Virus record (IMG/VR): IMGVR_UViG_3300042876_000027
Coordinates: 5,768 to 69,767 of that record
Strand: one strand, 5' to 3'
From: a virus
DNA length: 64,000 nt
Shown here: positions 49,200 to 57,985 of the stretch, one piece after another
Position numbering within the stretch: the stretch's first letter is position 1
Layout of the letters: every line of letters begins with the position of its first letter
The notes under the pieces: generated by a model
The model's database searches: none
The model's input: the letters and a program-made list of their open reading frames with translations, nothing else
What the model was told of the DNA's origin: nothing
Program-made: the position numbers and the translations under genes

Positions 49200-49781
49200 T
49201 TATACCACAGTAATAGACAGATGGCAGATAGTTTCTCCAGTCATTGCTGCCCATGTAGTTCCAGTCAGTGAGGATGCGTAAATTGTCAGTGGTAGCGACA
49301 AAACATTATTTGATTTTGATACAGATCCAATTGAAACAGATGCTGCTACTGGCTTTCCAACATTGACTAGCTGCATTTGAATATTAAAATCTGTTGCAGT
49401 TGGGGTAGATGGAAGACTTGGCAGATACACGCTTGCATCAGCAACTGATACTGTTGTAGTTGCCACACCGTTTGTAAATGTTAATGCTTTATTCTGTGCA
49501 AACACATTTGGAATAAGCTTTAGGATTGGCTCCCAAGTATTTGACGATGGTCCAGCAATAAACTGGTACATGTATAGATATTCTGAATCTGATGTATTTG
49601 CATTGATGAACATGTCTCCAACAACTGGGTCTGTCAGAAACTCATAGTCGTTTGGGTTCTGATCTCCAACGATAAAAGTGCTACCCCTGTCACCTTGTGG
49701 ACCAAAGTCTACTGATAGGTCAATAACTGCTGGACCACCGATAACTGTTAGATCATCATTTGACAAGACGACTTCTGTCAT
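49200..49781 (-). CDS. virion protein
   Basis: GPQGDRGS motif; synteny. Confidence 0.5.
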   Translation of the reverse strand: MTEVVLSNDDLTVIGGPAVIDLSVDFGPQGDRGSTFIVGDQNPNDYEFLTDPVVGDMFINANTSDSEYLYMYQFIAGPSSNTWEPILKLIPNVFAQNKALTFTNGVATTTVSVADASVYLPSLPSTPTATDFNIQMQLVNVGKPVAASVSIGSVSKSNNVLSLPLTIYASSLTGTTWAAMTGETICHLSITVV

Positions 49782-50125
49782 TATACAGCTCCAACAACAT
49801 CTGCGGTTACATCAACATTTCCAGTTAGCAGGGTATAGACAGTTCCATCGCTAGATCTGGTTACCTGAACATCGTATACATATGTTGTCCCTGCTGTTAG
49901 CTGTCTTCCAACTCCTGCTGGAATCTTGCAAGCAACTGTTCCATTAGAAATAGTGGCAAAGCACTCATACTGGGTTGCACCAGCACCTCTGGCGGTAGCA
50001 ATCTTAAAAGCAACAGCAAAGTCTGTTAGTGAAAATGCAGACCCATCTGAATTTTTAGGGTAGATGTTAAACTCGTAGGTATCACCCTCATAGTAGCTAA
50101 TATTATACGTTGCTGGAAAAGCCAT
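49781..50125 (-). CDS. BppU-N-like small structural protein
   Basis: YYEGDT...YVYDVQV...LLTG. Confidence 0.55.
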   Translation of the reverse strand: MAFPATYNISYYEGDTYEFNIYPKNSDGSAFSLTDFAVAFKIATARGAGATQYECFATISNGTVACKIPAGVGRQLTAGTTYVYDVQVTRSSDGTVYTLLTGNVDVTADVVGAV

Positions 50126-50685
50126 TAGTTTACCTCCGTAATATAGGTTCCGTTTATATAAATCTTGCTTGCTGTAGTTAGTGTAACTGGTGCATTTTGC
50201 TTAAAGATAGCTTCCATGATTGGGCTATTTGCTCCACCAGACTGCTTTAGATAGTGAAGATCTAAAGTCTGAGATCCAGCCAAATGATCTGCATTTAGAA
50301 TAAAGTGTCCAGCTAAGTCAGGATTTTGAGTTGGGTCAAGATTTACCCATCCAGCAAAATGGTTCATAGCTCCTGAAAGAGCAGGGAATGGGAGTTGAAG
50401 ATTATATTGACCAGTTCCAAAGTTTGTTACTGTGTTTAGGTCTACTGCAATCCAAAAGCTAACCATTTGACCATTTTTAACATAGTATGAGTTATATGTT
50501 GGATAGCTTGTTCCAGATCCAGTAAATGTAAGACCTGTAGCCGAAAATACTGGAGACCATCTTACTGCAGAAGGAAACTCTGCATCTGCCCCTGCTGGAC
50601 CCTGTGCGCCTTGCTCTCCCTGTGGTCCCTGCGGACCAGTAGGACCAGGTGCTCCTGGAAACGGTACAATTTTGATAACTGACAT
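50125..50685 (-). CDS. collagen-like repeat protein
   Basis: GAPGPTGPQGPQGEQGAQGPAGAD (Gly-X-Y)8. Confidence 0.7.
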   Translation of the reverse strand: MSVIKIVPFPGAPGPTGPQGPQGEQGAQGPAGADAEFPSAVRWSPVFSATGLTFTGSGTSYPTYNSYYVKNGQMVSFWIAVDLNTVTNFGTGQYNLQLPFPALSGAMNHFAGWVNLDPTQNPDLAGHFILNADHLAGSQTLDLHYLKQSGGANSPIMEAIFKQNAPVTLTTASKIYINGTYITEVN

Positions 50686-51072
50686 TTATAAACTTCCTCC
50701 TGTGACATCTCCAAGTACAGAAATAGTTCCTAGGAGAGGTGTCCAAACTTTTTCACCATTAATAGTTACTTCAAGGTCAAAGACTAGTTCTGCTACGATA
50801 GAAGAACTTCCTTCTCCCCAATTTCTTGTTACATCAGATGATGCAATAATGTCTACATACCCATCAGAAACAACTACTTCAAGATCATCAAGAATCTCTC
50901 CTCTAGAATCATAAGCAGAGGAAGAAAACTCCCAATCAGAGATATCTAGAAATGTTACTTCATCATTTTCTAAAAATTCTACACGAAGCTCAGAAGTATC
51001 TCCTCTTACAACATTCCATTTTACTGTTGCAGGCTTACTTCCTAGTTCTTGTATAGAATTACATTGAGTCAT
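50686..51072 (-). CDS. BppU-N-like small structural protein
   Basis: WNVVRGDT...VFDLEV...GTI. Confidence 0.55.
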   Translation of the reverse strand: MTQCNSIQELGSKPATVKWNVVRGDTSELRVEFLENDEVTFLDISDWEFSSSAYDSRGEILDDLEVVVSDGYVDIIASSDVTRNWGEGSSSIVAELVFDLEVTINGEKVWTPLLGTISVLGDVTGGSL

Positions 51073-51096
51073 AGTACTTAAATTATATCATTAAAA

Positions 51097-51150
51097 ATAA
51101 AAAACTAGTGCTCAGGGCGGTGGGTATGAGAGACAACCCTGAACACTAGT
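51097..51150 (-). ncRNA. candidate hairpin sRNA or terminator
   Basis: 14-bp stem, 19-nt loop, U-tract; TGATATACT promoter 6 nt upstream. Confidence 0.45.
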
Positions 51151-51280
51151 AACATAAGTATATCATAAATAACAAAACGATAACTTCGTTGATTTTAAAG
51201 GGGTTGCTAAATTGTTATCAAAATCGTTATAAAACTTTTATCAAAAAATGACTTGACAAGAACGATTTGTGTGTTAGCAT

Positions 51281-51357
51281 AATATATATTAATTAATAAA
51301 TAAATAATAGCTAGTTAGATATATTATATATATTTATATATATTATATATAAGATAT
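51281..51357. other. extremely AT-rich tract
   Basis: almost entirely A/T with TATA repeats, near the strand switch. Confidence 0.7.
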
Positions 51358-51596
51358 TACTTTTTAGCTAGATACTCTATAAATTTATCGTAGAGGTCAT
51401 CAATCTTTGATTCTAGCTTGTCAGTCTTGTCTTCGAGTCTTGTTACTTGATCTTTCATGCTTTGTCCGCTATTTGGCTTTAGTTCGTGCTTGATTTCATC
51501 AAAATAGTGTTTGACAAGCCACCGAACGCCCATTGACGCTGATGCAATTATTGTTGATACTCCGACTATGATGCCGACCCAAGATTCTATTGACAT
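51357..51596 (-). CDS. small membrane protein (holin-like)
   Basis: N-terminal TM helix, PNSGQSMKD, coiled coil. Confidence 0.55.
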   Translation of the reverse strand: MSIESWVGIIVGVSTIIASASMGVRWLVKHYFDEIKHELKPNSGQSMKDQVTRLEDKTDKLESKIDDLYDKFIEYLAKK

Positions 51597-51752
51597 ATAT
51601 CTTTAATTATATAACATTTTTAAACTCGGCGGTAAAGTTCTCGGCTAAAATAGAGGTTTTATCACGGCGGTAAAATAGAGGACCCATCCACACTTCTGCA
51701 CTAAAAGTGCAATATGTGGACATATTCTCTGTTTTCGTGATATCATTAATAC

Positions 51753-51953
51753 ATGGGAGACGACGTAAAGTTTTTAGATCTATTTGATCCAAACCAGCCT
51801 AGGTCCGATAAGGAGATTATCGATGACAGGCTGAAGATATGCAATGAATGTCCTTGGCTAAACAAGGCATTGCAGAAATGTCGTAAGTGTGGGTGCTTTA
51901 TGCATTTAAAAACTACTCTCCTAAACGCAAAGTGTCCAATTGGAAAGTGGTAG
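51753..51953 (+). CDS. small Cys-rich protein (DUF6171-like), paralog of 46792..47034
   Basis: RLKICNEC...KCRKCGCFM..K...CPIGKW. Confidence 0.7.
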   Translation: MGDDVKFLDLFDPNQPRSDKEIIDDRLKICNECPWLNKALQKCRKCGCFMHLKTTLLNAKCPIGKW

Positions 51954-51955
51954 GT

Positions 51956-52555
51956 ATGAAAAAAGAAGAACTGGCTCCAGGAATCCTCCTGGTACGTGAT
52001 GTAATCCCAGGATATGAACAGCTAATCCCTTACATTGAAATGTCCGTGCAAATGGGGCAGGTAGACTGGGAAAAGGCAGACGTAAGATCTTATGAAGAAA
52101 ACGAACGGTCTACAAATGACAGTGTAAGAGATACACATATCATTGGTATTCCCCATAACTACATGTACCAAGATCCAAACATCCCAGATCTTTCTTTTGA
52201 GGATAGGATGAACTCTATTTTTACGATGTTCTTTGGTCAACACGAACTTGAGTATGCTAAAGAGTACAAAGCTTTAATGTCAAAACACGAGTCGTATTCT
52301 ATTTTGAGATATCAAAGAGGTCAGCACTTTGCAGAACACATCGATGACCACCCAGATCGCATCAGAAGAGTGTCTACCGTCTACTTTATGAATGATACAT
52401 ATTCAGGAGGAGAGTTGGAGTTTCCACGATTTGACCTAAAGATCAAACCAGAAGCAAATTCACTATTGCTTTTCCCCTCTAACCACGTATATAATCATAT
52501 TGTGCATCCTGTAACTGATGGCGTTAGGTATTCTGTAGCTAGCTTCGTGGGATAA
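51956..52555 (+). CDS. 2OG-Fe(II) oxygenase, paralog of 46209..46790
   Basis: ELAPGI N-terminus, HIDDHP, MNDTYSGGELEFPRF, HIVHPV..GVRY; start refined. Confidence 0.85.
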   Translation: MKKEELAPGILLVRDVIPGYEQLIPYIEMSVQMGQVDWEKADVRSYEENERSTNDSVRDTHIIGIPHNYMYQDPNIPDLSFEDRMNSIFTMFFGQHELEYAKEYKALMSKHESYSILRYQRGQHFAEHIDDHPDRIRRVSTVYFMNDTYSGGELEFPRFDLKIKPEANSLLLFPSNHVYNHIVHPVTDGVRYSVASFVG

Positions 52556-52610
52556 GGGATCAAGCAAGCTTGACCCAATACCGTCCAAATTTTAAATAGA
52601 AAGAGCAATC

Positions 52611-52988
52611 ATGACAACAATTGTAGATATTGACGATACAATCATTAGAAACCGTACTCAGCCTATCAAAAGAGTTATTGACTATGTAAATTCATTGCCT
52701 GGATCAATAACTATCGTTACAGGAAGACCAGAATCTCAAAGAGCAGAAACTGTTCGTGCTCTTGCAGCAGCTGGAGTTAAATACTCAAGACTAATTATGA
52801 ACCCATATTCTACTAGAGAGTCTAACAAGCATAAAGCTGAAGTTGCTGATAAGTTGAAATCTACAGCTACCCTGGCTATTGACGATAACCCTGGAGCTAG
52901 AGCTGCATATAGTAAGGCTGGAATTCCTACTAAGGATCCTGCTACCCTGCCAGAAATGAAGAAGTTTTGGTCTATCTTTAGTAAATAG
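52611..52988 (+). CDS. HAD-family phosphatase (PNK 3'-phosphatase-like)
   Basis: DIDDT, VTGR, K, IDD motifs. Confidence 0.8.
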   Translation: MTTIVDIDDTIIRNRTQPIKRVIDYVNSLPGSITIVTGRPESQRAETVRALAAAGVKYSRLIMNPYSTRESNKHKAEVADKLKSTATLAIDDNPGARAAYSKAGIPTKDPATLPEMKKFWSIFSK

Positions 52989-53311
52989 TGTCATCAAACG
53001 AAAATGCTATATTTGTATCACTACATGATACATTTATAGCATTTTTTTGTATGATCATACCAATTTGTTATAATTCTGTTACATTTGATATCTTGCAAAA
53101 TCTGAAAAATTTTATATTTGGGAAAATCTGAATATTTTGTAGAGATGTATGATACATGTTCTACGCCACAAAAACCAAATATATAGTGCGACCACATCCA
53201 GCTACTGGTGCCTGCCAAATAAATAAAAAAGATCGATCCACTACGGCGTGTCTGACTTGCTAAATGTCGGTGCCTAGTGTTAGTATTTATTTAGTTAGGA
53301 AAGGAAAAGAA

Positions 53312-53557
53312 ATGGCTACCAAGGGATACACACTAAACGAGATGATGAACTTCGGTTTCTACACTTGGACTGAGATTGCTCGTGAGTCCGTATCGGTTGA
53401 GGGTTGGGGTTGCCAGTCCTATGATGACTGCCCTTGCTGCAACTGTGACGACACTGTAGTTGTCAAGGTAACCTACGCTCGTCCTCGTTGGTCAAAGTCA
53501 GGCAAGCGTATGGTTGAGGACACCGACTCTTTCTACCTCTGCTCTGCTCACGCATAA
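53312..53557 (+). CDS. small Cys-rich hypothetical protein
   Basis: SD GAAAGGA; start refined. Confidence 0.65.
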   Translation: MATKGYTLNEMMNFGFYTWTEIARESVSVEGWGCQSYDDCPCCNCDDTVVVKVTYARPRWSKSGKRMVEDTDSFYLCSAHA

Positions 53558-53608
53558 TAAGTGTCAGACCCTTCACCTAAACTAATAGTATCAAGAAAGG
53601 ATACAACT

Positions 53609-53767
53609 ATGGGATTCGGATTGGCTATGCTAACTAAGGCGGTAGTGGCAAAGAAGGTATTGCGTAAGTTTCCTAAGATAAGTGTTATTGCGTGTCAGAC
53701 TTGCAATACCCTCGCTGCTATCAAGGTCTACAAGGACCACATTGAAATCGTTAGGTGTAAGTGCTAG
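53609..53767 (+). CDS. small CxxC hypothetical protein
   Basis: SD AGAAAGGA; start refined. Confidence 0.6.
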   Translation: MGFGLAMLTKAVVAKKVLRKFPKISVIACQTCNTLAAIKVYKDHIEIVRCKC

Positions 53768-54026
53768 CAACACGCCCAGGGGTCAGCTTGACAAACTGAC
53801 CTCTTCGTGAGCGCTCCGTTTTGTTATATTTCTGTTATGAATAAACTACGATCTACATTGATAAATGTCGGTGGTATATGCTAAGTTATAGGTATGGAAA
53901 CAAAGAGCAGGAGCAGTGGCTTTAGAGATACCGCTGGTCGACACGGCGTGAGAGAAATGTAGAATACATCTCAATGTCACACCCCCACAATAGAATAGAT
54001 TTATCAAAAGAAAAGGAAAGAAACAA

Positions 54027-54203
54027 ATGAGCGTAGTAGTAACCTTCAATGACGGCAAGACCATCAACCCTATCTTTGAGCCAACACCTCGTAACCTAGT
54101 AGCAGTAAAGGAATTCTACCTTGACCTACTAAACAAGAATGAGATTTATCACTTCTCAATTACCTATGACAACGGCGATGTATTTGCTCAGGGTCGTCTA
54201 TAA
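54027..54203 (+). CDS. hypothetical protein (58 aa)
   Basis: own promoter and SD; below the ORF-track cutoff. Confidence 0.6.
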   Translation: MSVVVTFNDGKTINPIFEPTPRNLVAVKEFYLDLLNKNEIYHFSITYDNGDVFAQGRL

Positions 54204-54316
54204 TGAGGGAGTTTGTATCTGAGTGGCTATGGGTTATCCTGGCTACCCTCGGTCTAGTGGGCTATGGGGCATTCCAGATAGCCCTAGCAATACAGGGAAT
54301 GGGTGGGTTCGCATAG
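54203..54316 (+). CDS. small membrane peptide (37 aa)
   Basis: TAATG coupling; hydrophobic. Confidence 0.5.
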   Translation: MREFVSEWLWVILATLGLVGYGAFQIALAIQGMGGFA

Positions 54317-54433
54317 TGTCGGACCCCTCAGAGCGCCTCGATCGTTATAATTCTGTTACCAGAATAGGCGTGTTTAAGTAGATAAATGTCGTACCCCTAT
54401 GATAGGTTATAAGTAGTTAGAAAGGATAAGCAA

Positions 54434-54652
54434 ATGGCTAAAGGAATTGAGTGGGTAGTAACAGGTAAGACCGAAGACGGCACTGTTTACCGAGGTGTTC
54501 AGGTTGCTTGGTATGGTCACCCTGCTATGGACTTTTTCGCAAAGCGTAAGGGTGTAACCTTTGTTACCTCTTGGGCAGAGAAGAAGTTTCACTTTGACAA
54601 CTTCCTAGAGAAGGGTCTTCGTGAGCCACTAACGGAAGCAGAACTTTCGTAA
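54434..54652 (+). CDS. hypothetical protein
   Basis: promoter motif 48 nt upstream; SD AGAAAGGA. Confidence 0.7.
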   Translation: MAKGIEWVVTGKTEDGTVYRGVQVAWYGHPAMDFFAKRKGVTFVTSWAEKKFHFDNFLEKGLREPLTEAELS

Positions 54653-54814
54653 CCAACGGCGTGTCGACTTGACAAGTCCACGCTTTCGGAGCGCCCAGCA
54701 CAAGATCTAGTAGCTTACGAGGTTTAAGACACTAGATCTAGATCCCCCAGAATGTTACCAATTTGTTACCAAAAAACACTTGACAGTGTCAGACCTATCT
54801 GATAGGTTATAGGT

Positions 54815-54934
54815 ATGAAGAAAGCAAGAATGACTAAGTCAGAAAAGCAGTGGTTCCGTGCCCAGGACTTCCGCACCCTTGAGGGCGAAGACCTACAGCG
54901 TTGGTTTTATCTTTGGGCAAATAAGACCTATTAG
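54815..54934 (+). CDS. hypothetical protein (39 aa, leaderless)
   Basis: ATG 29 nt after promoter motif. Confidence 0.5.
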   Translation: MKKARMTKSEKQWFRAQDFRTLEGEDLQRWFYLWANKTY

Positions 54935-54977
54935 TGTCTGACCCCTCTGGTAAACTCAAATCAAAGAAAGGATAACT

Positions 54978-55100
54978 ATGTATCACTGGAATGACCAATA
55001 CTATGAAGCCGAGTGTGTCGAGTGTGGCACCGAGATTTTTGGTAAGACAATTGCCGAAATGGATAAGCAGGTTTCGCAACACGCCTGCACCAATTGCTAA
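54978..55100 (+). CDS. small CxxC protein (40 aa)
   Basis: SD AAAGAAAGGA; CVEC...CTNC. Confidence 0.55.
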   Translation: MYHWNDQYYEAECVECGTEIFGKTIAEMDKQVSQHACTNC

Positions 55101-55150
55101 TAAATGTCTGACCCCTATGCTAGAGTTTTAGTAAATCGAAAGGAAATGAA

Positions 55151-55315
55151 ATGAACAAGTTTGAGAATGTAGACGCAGACCTTCGTATCTGTGCTTACTG
55201 TATGGACACTACTTACTCGTATGTCTGCCCTAACTGTAATGAGTATGACGGACTAATGCCGTTCACCACTAGCACCGAAGAGTATCTGGGTGTAGACTTG
55301 CTAGAGTATCTCTAG
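55151..55315 (+). CDS. small zinc-ribbon protein (54 aa)
   Basis: CAYC...CPNCNEYDG; SD GAAAGGA. Confidence 0.6.
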   Translation: MNKFENVDADLRICAYCMDTTYSYVCPNCNEYDGLMPFTTSTEEYLGVDLLEYL

Positions 55316-55365
55316 TAAATGTCTGACCTATGTGCTAGATTAGTTTTAGAAAGAAAGGATAACTA

Positions 55366-55557
55366 ATGTTCAAGTCACTAGTTTTCAACCCATACATCGG
55401 AACTGGCTCTACCCTCGCAGAAATCGAGACCGAGTTGGAGTCACTACTCAAGTATGCCGAAGAGGTATTGGATTGGGACATCACGGAAGAGGAAACTCGC
55501 CGTCTAACCCTACTAACCAGACTAGCCAAGTCAATGGGTTCAACCAGAAAGTGGTAA
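55366..55557 (+). CDS. hypothetical protein
   Basis: promoter and SD. Confidence 0.65.
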   Translation: MFKSLVFNPYIGTGSTLAEIETELESLLKYAEEVLDWDITEEETRRLTLLTRLAKSMGSTRKW

Positions 55558-55689
55558 CCGCTAGGGCGACACGCCCGACGCAGGCGCTCCGATAGATCCA
55601 GCTTTGTCAAGTTAAGAACTTAAGAAAAACTTTCCAGATCCTCGGCGTGTCGTTTGATAAATGTCTGAGGGGTGTGATAGGTTATAACT

Positions 55690-55827
55690 ATGAGCGAATA
55701 CACACACATTCAAGTAACTACCCCTAGCAACACCACTCAGATGATTCAGAATACCGCCAAAAACTTGACTTGGGTAAAGATGGCATACAACCACGGCTGG
55801 ATAGTCGCTTGGGAAAAAGTAAAATAA
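55690..55827 (+). CDS. hypothetical protein (45 aa, leaderless)
   Basis: ATG 29 nt after motif; its stop codon is the TAA of the next motif. Confidence 0.5.
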   Translation: MSEYTHIQVTTPSNTTQMIQNTAKNLTWVKMAYNHGWIVAWEKVK

Positions 55828-55875
55828 ATGTCAGACCCCTGTGATAGATTTCAAGTAATCAGAAAGGATAAATAA

Positions 55876-56046
55876 ATGGCTTACAGCAAAGAGGCACACG
55901 ACCTGATGGACAAGACCCTAGAGGTTCTAAAGACTAAGGCTGACTACCCATACGCTAGAATGGTTGGCTTCCTAATCCCTAACATAGACTTGCCAACTGC
56001 CCAAAGAATTGCTAGAATGGTCGAAGAGATGGAGGTTCAGAAATGA
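55876..56046 (+). CDS. hypothetical protein (56 aa)
   Basis: promoter and SD AGAAAGGA. Confidence 0.6.
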   Translation: MAYSKEAHDLMDKTLEVLKTKADYPYARMVGFLIPNIDLPTAQRIARMVEEMEVQK

Positions 56047-56148
56047 GCAAACTAAGTGTCGAGGAACTTGAAGAACTAATTTTCAAAATTGACTTGATGT
56101 TGTCGGATACTCGTGGTATTCTAGAGTCATCAAACGAAGGGAACTGAA

Positions 56149-56268
56149 ATGATTTTTTACAACGGATTTAACCTGCTAGTTGACATCATCCTCGTTAGCG
56201 TGGTATACCTCCTGGCTCACGGCATCGGTTTCCGAAAGGGTCTTGACCAAAACAAGCCTCCGTTCTAA
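56149..56268 (+). CDS. small membrane peptide (39 aa)
   Basis: single hydrophobic helix; SD GAAGGG. Confidence 0.5.
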   Translation: MIFYNGFNLLVDIILVSVVYLLAHGIGFRKGLDQNKPPF

Positions 56269-56414
56269 ACGGTAACACAATATCTAGTGGCAATAACCAA
56301 GCTTGCTACTAGATGTTGTGCCGAGCGCCCCTACTTCAGTCGATCGATTTACGAAGCTTACGACACGTTTCCCGAATTCCCTAAAATGTCTGAGGTGTAA
56401 TGTATAATAATCCT

Positions 56415-56585
56415 ATGAAGAAAAGAAAGAAGCCACTAGGCAAGGCAAACGAAGCAAGGCGTAAGGCAGAGAGCAAGGAATTGTTCCAGAGCCTAATGCT
56501 ATCCCCACACATTGTTGCTACCCCTACCAAGTATAAGGGAAGCCGTCAGAGCAACAAGCGTAAGGCTATCTCCGAGTCTTACTAA
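56415..56585 (+). CDS. small basic protein (leaderless)
   Basis: Lys/Arg-rich; ATG 29 nt after motif. Confidence 0.6.
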   Translation: MKKRKKPLGKANEARRKAESKELFQSLMLSPHIVATPTKYKGSRQSNKRKAISESY

Positions 56586-56636
56586 TAAATGTCTGACCCC
56601 TGTCGTATAATCTAAGTATCTAAGAAGGGATACCAA

Positions 56637-56816
56637 ATGACCAAGCAAGAGCAAGAGTTCTTCGACTACTACAACCCTATTCAGGAGTTGGCAGACAAGC
56701 ACGATGTGTCTATCTACACCATCGTAAACATTCGTCAAATCTTTGACTACGCTTATGCTGTTGGCAAGGCAGACGGAGCAACCGAGATGTTGAACATTGT
56801 AAAGGAAGGCAACTAA
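56637..56816 (+). CDS. hypothetical protein (59 aa)
   Basis: promoter and SD; TAATG coupled to next gene. Confidence 0.6.
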   Translation: MTKQEQEFFDYYNPIQELADKHDVSIYTIVNIRQIFDYAYAVGKADGATEMLNIVKEGN

Positions 56817-57256
56817 TGTTGGATTGGGATTTGGTCGAAGACCGCATTGACGAGGCTAAGGGCATTGCTTTCGATACCTGCCACAAGATTTACATCCTGA
56901 TGGATGACCAGCAGATGGTCAAGATGAAAGAGTATGAGTATGACCCTCTAATCTCTAAGAGCGAGATGTCTGCTAGTGAGATGTTGGAAACTGTCAAGCA
57001 TTGGTATGCCGAGAGTTGTGGCTTGAAGTTTGTTGAGGCTGTTTCTACTACCGCCGAGGGGATTGACCCCAATGAAGGCTTTGAAACTTTGATTGAGCAA
57101 GGTGCTAGAGAGTTTGACGAGTGCCTTGAGTGTGGCGAGGAAAACTGTGATGGTTGGGACTGCCAGACCGAGCGTTGCGACAAGTGCGGTGATGATGACA
57201 TCTATGACGAGGGCATGTGTCGTGATTGCTATGATGATGACCAGGAGGAGGACTAG
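56816..57256 (+). CDS. hypothetical protein with acidic Cys-rich tail
   Basis: FDTCHKIY motif; several CxxC. Confidence 0.7.
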   Translation: MLDWDLVEDRIDEAKGIAFDTCHKIYILMDDQQMVKMKEYEYDPLISKSEMSASEMLETVKHWYAESCGLKFVEAVSTTAEGIDPNEGFETLIEQGAREFDECLECGEENCDGWDCQTERCDKCGDDDIYDEGMCRDCYDDDQEED

Positions 57257-57376
57257 TTCCTCCCCTTTGGGGCGCTCCGCTCCTTGGCTAGCTTAGTTAC
57301 GACACGATCACTATTTCCCCCAAAATAAATGTCGGAGTGGTGTGCAATAATTTATTTATCAACGAAAGGAACCCCA

Positions 57377-57505
57377 ATGAACGAACTAGACCCAGACGTA
57401 ATGGAACTCTTTGAGTTGGCACAGGCTGGAGAGATTTCCTATTCAGAGGTAATGGCTGACCTAGATATAATGGGTTTTGATGGCGACATTATTGACTATC
57501 TATAA
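57377..57505 (+). CDS. small acidic protein (42 aa)
   Basis: promoter and SD GAAAGGA. Confidence 0.55.
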   Translation: MNELDPDVMELFELAQAGEISYSEVMADLDIMGFDGDIIDYL

Positions 57506-57552
57506 TGTCACACCCCTATGCTAATCTATAACTAACTAAGAAAGGATACCTC

Positions 57553-57861
57553 ATGGGTTCACTACAAGCAGCAGAGATGGCAGAGATGCTAACTATCGAA
57601 GATGGTCTAGCCTGGCACTTGCGTTCAAACCACTATCCACCTGTTCCACTAGTCATGATTCAGCCATGTATTGAGGCTATTGACGCTGCCCTTGAAGATA
57701 ACTGGGATAAAGAGATTCAGTTGCCTTTTGATGGTGAGCGAGATGGCAAGCCTTTTCAGGTGACTTGGCGTGGTCAAGATACCGCTCCAGCATGGGCAAT
57801 CATCGAAGGACACCACCTTCACTCATGGGTTGAACTTGACGAGGAGGGGCTAGAGGACTAA
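57553..57861 (+). CDS. conserved actinophage hypothetical protein
   Basis: HLRSNHYPPVP motif; promoter and SD. Confidence 0.7.
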   Translation: MGSLQAAEMAEMLTIEDGLAWHLRSNHYPPVPLVMIQPCIEAIDAALEDNWDKEIQLPFDGERDGKPFQVTWRGQDTAPAWAIIEGHHLHSWVELDEEGLED

Positions 57862-57985
57862 CCTCTCCCTTCGGGGAGCGCCTCGGCAGCCAGTGATCTA
57901 TTTACGACACGAAAATAATTTCCCCCAAATACTATAAATGTCTGACCCTACTGCTAAAATAAACAAGTAAAGAAAGGCAACCCCA

